Positions 54,501 through 60,489 of a DNA stretch of 60,489 nucleotides are shown one piece after another. The stretch is from an uncultured Fibrobacterota bacterium (GTDB lineage Bacteria > Fibrobacterota > Chitinivibrionia > Chitinivibrionales > CAYFVL01). The position numbers and the translations under genes are program-made. Below the pieces are notes generated by a model. That model made no database searches, was not told where the DNA came from, and saw only the letters and a list, made by a program, of their open reading frames with translations. The DNA is taken from contig CAYFVL010000002.1 of assembly GCA_964346405.1 (NCBI GenBank), positions 1 through 60,489 on the forward strand, read 5' to 3'. How positions within the stretch are numbered: position 1 is the stretch's first letter; each line of letters opens with the position of its first letter.

Positions 54501-55937
54501 CTATATGGTTCGGACCGTAGCCCGCGACGCAACCCAGGGCCGTGAATCGATAACCCGTCCCCTGGAGTGCTTTACGGGGATGTCCCCCAGAATACGATGG
54601 AAAGCGCCGTAGCCCAGATTATCAAATCCGAAATCCACCGAGTCAAAAGGGAAATGGCCTATGCGGTTATCGAATGAGAGCAGGGAAACATGATCGGGAA
54701 TCCGTATCCCCCGGTTCAAACATAGTGAATACAGACGATATGCCGCCTTATCATTCGAGGCCAGAATCGCGGTAGGCCGTAGCGAGAGGCAGGTCGCGAT
54801 AGCCCGAACATGATTGAGTGTATAGTCGGGTTCCTGAGGCATTGGTGCATATATCCGAGGGTCGAGGGTGCGGAAGAAGTCTCGAGTCTGTTGAGGAGTG
54901 AGGGAATGCTCCGGATCGACTCTATGCACCGTCATGCCGATTTCATCGGCGCGATTCTCAATCCGACGCCCCCGGCTGATCGACCACTCTTCTCCCACAA
55001 TATCCAGGTAAGCTACTCGAGTATGATTGCGCTCCCGAAGGTATTCGAGTCCCAGATCAAACGCGGGAAGCTCTCGAAATCGGCAGTGAGTGAAGTTCTT
55101 CGGCGGCCCGGACGCCCTCAACGGAGCTTGTTCATCGTAACGGTCAAACCAGACCACGGACGGAGCAATGGGACATAGGTAGTGAACCCAATCGTCAAGA
55201 TCAGGTATTTCATCGCGCGATCCCGCCAGCAATACTCCCCGTATGCGAGGCCCATACTCATCAAAAGCACTCTCCAGAGCTTTACGCCCCGACGGATACC
55301 ATCCCAGAAAGGGGTTTTCCTCGGACGCTATGATTGTCTTCAGAATGGTTGAGTGTCGCTGTGATTCACGAGTAAATTCACGTACAAACGAAGATGTTCG
55401 GGGATTATCCATTTGCAGCCATGTCGAGGGCTTTTCCTCCAGAATCAGGATAACCGAATAGGTATCCCGGCCTGAGCCCTTCTTCCGAGGTCCTGCTATC
55501 CAGGATTTCCCCGACTTGTGAACAAGATCGTTTTGCTCCAGTTGGCGTAACGCGCGGCAAACCGTTACGGGTGAAGTATCGAGTGAGCTTGAAAGGTACG
55601 ATATTTTGGGCAGAGCGGTCTGAGAACGGAACGTCCCCGATGTAATACCTTCGCAAAGCCCGTGAACGGTCCGTTCGAGGGCATCGGGCCTCGATTCTTC
55701 ACCGCCCCGATTCCGATTCGCGACAATAACCATCCGCCCCCCCCGGCGAAGATCTACGAGATTACGCGCCTCCAGCACCTTGGCCGCCTTCTGGACACTG
55801 GTACGACTCACCCCGTATCTGCGTGCCAGCAAAGATTGCGTGGGCGCGTAGTACTCGCTCGATCCGCCCAAATCTTCCGCCATACGTGACGCCAAAGATT
55901 CAATGAAAACGGAACACATGGAAGACTCATCATTCAT
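54501..55937 (-). CDS. Double-wHTH (GntR-like) plus LacI/PBP1-type regulator (paralog 5 of 5)
   Basis: ATG 55937 follows GGAGGGAAGG and aligns with the N-terminus of paralog 4 (MNDESSMCSVFIESLASRMAEDL versus MMNDDLSKMTGASPFIETLADRISGDL). The C-terminal signature is IPDHVSLLSFDN. Confidence 0.75.
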   Translation of the reverse strand: MNDESSMCSVFIESLASRMAEDLGGSSEYYAPTQSLLARRYGVSRTSVQKAAKVLEARNLVDLRRGGRMVIVANRNRGGEESRPDALERTVHGLCEGITSGTFRSQTALPKISYLSSSLDTSPVTVCRALRQLEQNDLVHKSGKSWIAGPRKKGSGRDTYSVILILEEKPSTWLQMDNPRTSSFVREFTRESQRHSTILKTIIASEENPFLGWYPSGRKALESAFDEYGPRIRGVLLAGSRDEIPDLDDWVHYLCPIAPSVVWFDRYDEQAPLRASGPPKNFTHCRFRELPAFDLGLEYLRERNHTRVAYLDIVGEEWSISRGRRIENRADEIGMTVHRVDPEHSLTPQQTRDFFRTLDPRIYAPMPQEPDYTLNHVRAIATCLSLRPTAILASNDKAAYRLYSLCLNRGIRIPDHVSLLSFDNRIGHFPFDSVDFGFDNLGYGAFHRILGDIPVKHSRGRVIDSRPWVASRATVRTI

Positions 55938-56031
55938 ACCTTCCCTCCGCAGGCAGGTGGTCAAAAGAGTGAAATTATATAACATAATATACGCATCTCG
56001 CCCCGGAAAGTTGTATATGTTTCAATGGAGA

Positions 56032-56094
56032 TTAGCCCAGGTTTCGCGGTTGAGAGCGAGCAGTAAGCGGAAAATCCCGTGCGAGATTGACTTA
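56032..56094. mobile_element. Short MITE family 1 derivative (63 bp)
   Basis: TTAGCCCAGGTTTCGC sits at one end and the variant terminus GTGCGAGATTGACTTA at the other. Confidence 0.65.
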
Positions 56095-56116
56095 CACCTG
56101 AAAAGAGGAGCATGAA

Positions 56117-57775
56117 GTGTTAAAAGTGACACTGGGAAAGACGATTCTGATACCGGCCCTGCTCATGGTAAGCGCGGTCTGGGGCGAGGGGGATGTATGT
56201 AATCCCGATACAATACTCGCTTTGTGTGAGAGAAACATATCGAATCGGTTCCCGGTTAACGACCGCGGTTGGTATACATCGACATATTGGACCGGTGTGG
56301 CGGCAATTCATTCACTCGTGAACACACAACTGTACTATGACAAGATGTTTGAATGGGGTAACCATGGGAATTGGGAGCCCAATGAATCTGTACTCCATGA
56401 CAATGCGGACAACCAGGCATGCATTCAGGTTTACCTGGACTTCTACTTCCTCGACCCCAGGCCCGAAAACCTCTATTTGATACAACCGGGTTACGAAAAT
56501 TTCACCCACAACTATTCGGGCAAGGACGAGTATTGGGGCTGGTGCGATCTTCAGTTCATGGCGCCGCCCGGACTTGTTCGCATGGCCGTAGCAATGGACG
56601 ATCCGGAACTGCACGAAGCCATGAATCGTTTCTGGTGGAACACCAGTGAACGACTATACTGCCCCGATACCCATCTGTACTATCGCGACAAGGGCGGAAG
56701 GAAGAAGCAACCGGGAGAATTCTGGTCACGAGGCAATGGATGGGTTCTCAGTGGAATGGTGCGCCTTCTGGAGTACTTCCCAGAGGACCATCCTGACCGT
56801 CCAGAATATATCACACAGTTCAAGGAGATGATGGCGGCATTACTCGAGTGCCGACATGATGACGGTCTGTGGCGGTCCGATCTATTGACGGACAGCCTGG
56901 GGATCAACCCGGAGAACAGTGGGTCGGGGTTTTTCTGCCAGGCTATGGCGTGGGGCATTCGCAACGGTCATCTGGAGCGTTCAATTTACGAACCGGTTGC
57001 TCGTCAGGCATGGCAAAGCCTGGTCACCTATCTGCTTCCCAACGGCAAACTGGGCTCTGTTCAGCGAGCGGCGAAAGCGCCGGGAAGCGTGGATTTGGAT
57101 GAAACGGCCCCGTGGGGCAATGGGGCGTTTCTGCTGGCCGGATATGAGATGTACCGTCTTGTAACCGAATCCGTCAGGTTCGAGCAGGATACGGTCTTGC
57201 TGGATCTGGATTCGGGATCAGCCCCGGTTCAGATTATACAGCGGTATGATGCTTCTGCCTGGGGCGGTGTTGTCAATGCCGAGTCCGGAGCGGAAGATAT
57301 CTGGCTCACTATTTCGCCACAGTGCGGCGATACGCTATGCGAGCTTACCAATGCGATCGATGTCGCGGGTCTGGCCCCCGGGACCTATAGCACCGACGTC
57401 ACGGTGAGCACCGAAAACGGCTATGGTGGGGGTTATACCGTGGTGCTGCGCGTGATTGGTTCTTCGACAAAAGCCAACAAGGTGAAAGGAGCCGTCGGGA
57501 CCGTGTCACGCCCCTCGATCAACATGCGTCCGTCTCCGAACGGCGGGCGGATAATTACCGTGAATTTTGCGAACGAAAAACCCACCCGCCGGAATATCGC
57601 TTTTTCGGTTTTTGATATCCGGGGGCGACGGATGAACGAAACGGTGCGGCGAAATTCATTGTCGGGCGAGTACACGATCGAGGTGGGCGGAAGTGCCTCA
57701 ACTTCGTCGCGGTACATTCTGGCGATTAGTATTGATGGTGAGGAAGTATGGCATAGTGTGTTGCCTGCTTTTTGA
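56117..57775 (+). CDS. GH105/GH88-type unsaturated uronyl hydrolase with a T9SS C-terminal domain
   Basis: GTG start 6 nt after AAGAGGAG. Motifs: FWSRGNGWVLSGM (the family WxRGNGW), WGWCDLQFMAPPG, DDGLWRSDLL. The tail contains FSVFDIRGRRM...YILAISIDGEEVWHSVLPAF. Confidence 0.7.
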   Translation: MLKVTLGKTILIPALLMVSAVWGEGDVCNPDTILALCERNISNRFPVNDRGWYTSTYWTGVAAIHSLVNTQLYYDKMFEWGNHGNWEPNESVLHDNADNQACIQVYLDFYFLDPRPENLYLIQPGYENFTHNYSGKDEYWGWCDLQFMAPPGLVRMAVAMDDPELHEAMNRFWWNTSERLYCPDTHLYYRDKGGRKKQPGEFWSRGNGWVLSGMVRLLEYFPEDHPDRPEYITQFKEMMAALLECRHDDGLWRSDLLTDSLGINPENSGSGFFCQAMAWGIRNGHLERSIYEPVARQAWQSLVTYLLPNGKLGSVQRAAKAPGSVDLDETAPWGNGAFLLAGYEMYRLVTESVRFEQDTVLLDLDSGSAPVQIIQRYDASAWGGVVNAESGAEDIWLTISPQCGDTLCELTNAIDVAGLAPGTYSTDVTVSTENGYGGGYTVVLRVIGSSTKANKVKGAVGTVSRPSINMRPSPNGGRIITVNFANEKPTRRNIAFSVFDIRGRRMNETVRRNSLSGEYTIEVGGSASTSSRYILAISIDGEEVWHSVLPAF

Positions 57776-57982
57776 ATTGAAGGGGCAAACTATTCTGACC
57801 CCACTTGCACGGAAATTGGGAATTCGTATCCGTAAGAGAAATTTCACCGGTCATTGTCTCTCATTAGATCATCGTCCGCGGTCGGTCGACTCGCTGAATG
57901 CCGCGAGTCGGCAGCGAGACCCGGGCCAGGGTTCTCGGAGTCAGAATCACTCAATTTATCAATAATGATGGAGATTATCGAA

Positions 57983-59203
57983 ATGGAAAGACGCGTTCAC
58001 CTCCTGATAGCCGCGGGAATACTGATCGGTACGGCAGTCGGGATAAAATCAGGATTGAGTACTTCGAATTACATGCCCGCACCGTCTCCGATCGCCTGGC
58101 ACTCGGTCGGAGGATGTGGGGCTTCCAGTGGTTCGGCCGGGTCTTCGCAACAGTTGCAGTGGATCGGTGAAGGCTTGATCGGGACACTTCTCGATGTGGA
58201 AATCATGGGGGAGTACTCGATGCTGGCAAATACGGCAATAGACAGCTCGAACGAATATGATGGAAGACTAAAAACAACCTCGGCAACGATGCGTCCGAGT
58301 GTGTTTTTGCGGTTTCCCGGGACCGAGCTGATGGTTACGGTTCCCATGATCAGTAAACAGGGCTACGATCTTCAGACTGCGTCAATTGGGGATATAAGTA
58401 TAACCACGACGAGGAAATGGGGACAAACAGGGTCCATAAGTACCTCGCTCACTCTCGGGTTTCCCACCGGGGAATATGACATCCACAATACCAAGGACCG
58501 GTACGCGGTGCCGGAAATGCAGATCGGGTCCGGCATTTTCTCGGCCTCATTGAGCCTGGCTTATGATCGCGGTTTCGATTGGGGCATTGCAGGGGGTCTT
58601 GTGGGATATTCGGGCGGGCTTTTCGCCATGAAAACGAAAGATTTTGGCTACAATACGACAATCGAAATGGTATCGAGAGATCGAACCTTCCAGTATGCTC
58701 GAGATGGATATGCGGCGGTTAACGACATCGGGACGTCCGTGCCCGATAATCTGAATTTCTCGGGTATTGTCGGCGTTCGGGCCAGGTCGTTTTTTCACGG
58801 ATTTCAGGTCTCGTTGGGAATTCCTCAAGCCGACGCCGCTTATACTGATCATGACAAGAAAGTGAAGCGTTCATTTTCGAGGGATACAAGTGCCGCCAAT
58901 TACTACCCTGACCGCGAATCCGCCCAACAGTATGCGGACACGGTAACCGATGACCTTACCGAGGAGCCATATGAAGATCCGGTGGTCGTTGGCGCCGATG
59001 CATCGGGGCAGTGGGTGATTATTGAAAGAAAAAGGATCGAACGCCAAACCAACCCGTCGTTTTCCGTCCAGTACTCAATTGAAAAGAGCGATGCGATTGG
59101 TATGCCGATTCTCCTGGGGTCGCGTATGACGTTCGATTTGAATGAGGGTGTAGTTTTCAGCGGCATTCTTGTGAGTGCTGGAATCAAATTTCCCGTTTAT
59201 TGA
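57983..59203 (+). CDS. Putative outer-membrane beta-barrel protein
   Basis: ATG 57983 lies 8 nt after GGAGA and starts the signal-like MERRVHLLIAAGILIGTAVG. The body has alternating-hydrophobic strand patterns and ends SAGIKFPVY (terminal aromatic residue). The family assignment is tentative. Confidence 0.45.
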   Translation: MERRVHLLIAAGILIGTAVGIKSGLSTSNYMPAPSPIAWHSVGGCGASSGSAGSSQQLQWIGEGLIGTLLDVEIMGEYSMLANTAIDSSNEYDGRLKTTSATMRPSVFLRFPGTELMVTVPMISKQGYDLQTASIGDISITTTRKWGQTGSISTSLTLGFPTGEYDIHNTKDRYAVPEMQIGSGIFSASLSLAYDRGFDWGIAGGLVGYSGGLFAMKTKDFGYNTTIEMVSRDRTFQYARDGYAAVNDIGTSVPDNLNFSGIVGVRARSFFHGFQVSLGIPQADAAYTDHDKKVKRSFSRDTSAANYYPDRESAQQYADTVTDDLTEEPYEDPVVVGADASGQWVIIERKRIERQTNPSFSVQYSIEKSDAIGMPILLGSRMTFDLNEGVVFSGILVSAGIKFPVY

Positions 59204-59308
59204 CGAATTCGCCACATTTCATCTTCGACAGTGAACTTTCGTACCGGTAAACGCGGAGTGCCCCGGGGCGGTTGTCAGGATTGAGTCAAGAAAGGAGAGG
59301 TAACACAA

Positions 59309-60334
59309 TTGAAAGAACTGGTTTTAGCCGCAATATGCGTCGGGGTTTTCCAGGCGGTATCGCTGGGGGATTTCCGGGATGTCCCGAAGGAAAAGAAGCA
59401 TGTCTATCTCTTTGTCGGCAACTCGGCTATGTCCGGAAGGGATCCGGATCGGGATACGGTGATTCATCCCCGTGCCTGGAAATACGTTCTCTCGGGGGAA
59501 TCGAAGTATACCTGGCAGTTGGCCGGGGAGCCAATATGCAAAGACGGAGGAAATAAGGGCGATAAAGGCGGCCCCGGCATGCCGTTTCTCAAAAGTCTGA
59601 TTGAAAAATCGGAGGACGAGGATCTCTATTTCGGAATTATCCAAAGCTCCGGGTCGGCCTGGACCGTTGAAGACAGATTCTTGCCAGGAAGAAAAGAGTA
59701 CGATGAGATCGTGGATCATGCGCTTCTCGTCAAAGACGATGTCACGATCAAGGGTCTGGTTTCGATGGTCGGGCTGGTGGAAGTGGAAAAAGGAGAGGTA
59801 TACGTTTCCGATTATCTGGAAACCGTCCGCAAAATGGTAATTTATTTCCGGAGGGACCTGGGCATTGATAGTTTGCCTTACATTCACTCTGGATATCCCA
59901 TGAAAGCAGGGGGGGTATACGAGGCGTCCAAAAACAGACCTCGGGAGATACTTCAACAACAAGAACAGATCCCGGAGGTGATTCCCAACAGCGTGGTAAT
60001 CCCGGGGCACGGTTTAACGATCTACGATGACATATACAAGTCACACTATGACCGCGCTGGATGTATTGAATGGGCGAATCGTACGGTTGACACTCTGTTT
60101 GCGCGTGAATGGGAAATGTCACGGGTCTCTGTGGCCGGTCTTTCCGGGATGCCGCGTCCGGCCGGACGGGCGGCGCTTCGTCATGAAATCATGTGCCGGA
60201 TCATTTCGAGCGGGCCTGTCGAAGGGGGAGGACGATCCACCATTTATATGTTGAACGGCAAGAATCTGACTGGTTCAACCACACGCGCAATGGGTTATCG
60301 AGTACCACAAATGATGATACACGAAAGCGACTGA
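59309..60334 (+). CDS. SASA/SGNH-type carbohydrate esterase (sialate O-acetylesterase-like) with a short T9SS-like tail
   Basis: TTG start 8 nt after AAAGGAGAGG. Signal peptide MKELVLAAICVGVFQAVS. The catalytic-type block is VYLFVGNSAMSGR (GxSNMxG-like). Confidence 0.5.
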   Translation: MKELVLAAICVGVFQAVSLGDFRDVPKEKKHVYLFVGNSAMSGRDPDRDTVIHPRAWKYVLSGESKYTWQLAGEPICKDGGNKGDKGGPGMPFLKSLIEKSEDEDLYFGIIQSSGSAWTVEDRFLPGRKEYDEIVDHALLVKDDVTIKGLVSMVGLVEVEKGEVYVSDYLETVRKMVIYFRRDLGIDSLPYIHSGYPMKAGGVYEASKNRPREILQQQEQIPEVIPNSVVIPGHGLTIYDDIYKSHYDRAGCIEWANRTVDTLFAREWEMSRVSVAGLSGMPRPAGRAALRHEIMCRIISSGPVEGGGRSTIYMLNGKNLTGSTTRAMGYRVPQMMIHESD

Positions 60335-60489
60335 TATTCAGTGCCTGTTCGGAACCATGATCCAAGCCGGCACGTCGAGCGACCGCAACGGCGCGCGCGG
60401 TGCTTACTAGTCGATGTCAAGGGGCAAAAAAATTTAGGGTCATCCGGCATTTCCGTGGGTAACCACTAGATGTTGTGGTTTAGTATTTT

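Noticed and set aside
60339-60489. A possible RNA gene or further element at the 3' end of the window.
   Set aside because: Only a partial MITE-2 terminus (CAGTGCCTGTTCGGAA) is recognisable. The remaining 130 nt show no tRNA-like or other structure I can support.

Overview
60.5-kb window from a bacterium whose secreted proteins end in T9SS-type C-terminal sorting domains. That is consistent with the FCB superphylum, and the sequence alone supports nothing finer. No rRNA, tRNA or CRISPR array was recognised. The window holds five things. (1) A 2.15-kb satellite-like tandem array of about 258-bp self-complementary units runs off the 5' edge. (2) A glycan-degradation island carries a six-hairpin GH63/37-like enzyme, a GH95-like enzyme, a GH5-like enzyme, two clan GH-A paralogs, a GH105/88-like enzyme, a Cys-type sulfatase, an SASA/SGNH-type esterase, PQQ-like and BNR beta-propeller proteins, a vWA lipoprotein and an outer-membrane barrel. 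Its regulator set is unusually dense: five paralogous double-wHTH plus LacI-type-sensor proteins and two AraC proteins. (3) Four large paralogs (937-978 aa) encode a secreted beta-propeller protein with two conserved CXXCH heme-c motifs and a T9SS tail. (4) A 9.4-kb cassette contains four cobalamin-type (class B-like) radical SAM enzymes, two GNAT-like or unknown proteins and a GH3-family adenylating ligase, with three ATGA start/stop overlaps. Two identical 120-bp MITE copies bracket it and an IS91-type transposase remnant follows it. I rate this the best candidate for an undescribed biosynthetic system. (5) Two MITE-like repeat families are scattered through intergenic regions, often in 5' regions or abutting stop codons. 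All functional calls come from motif recognition by eye, because no database search could be run.
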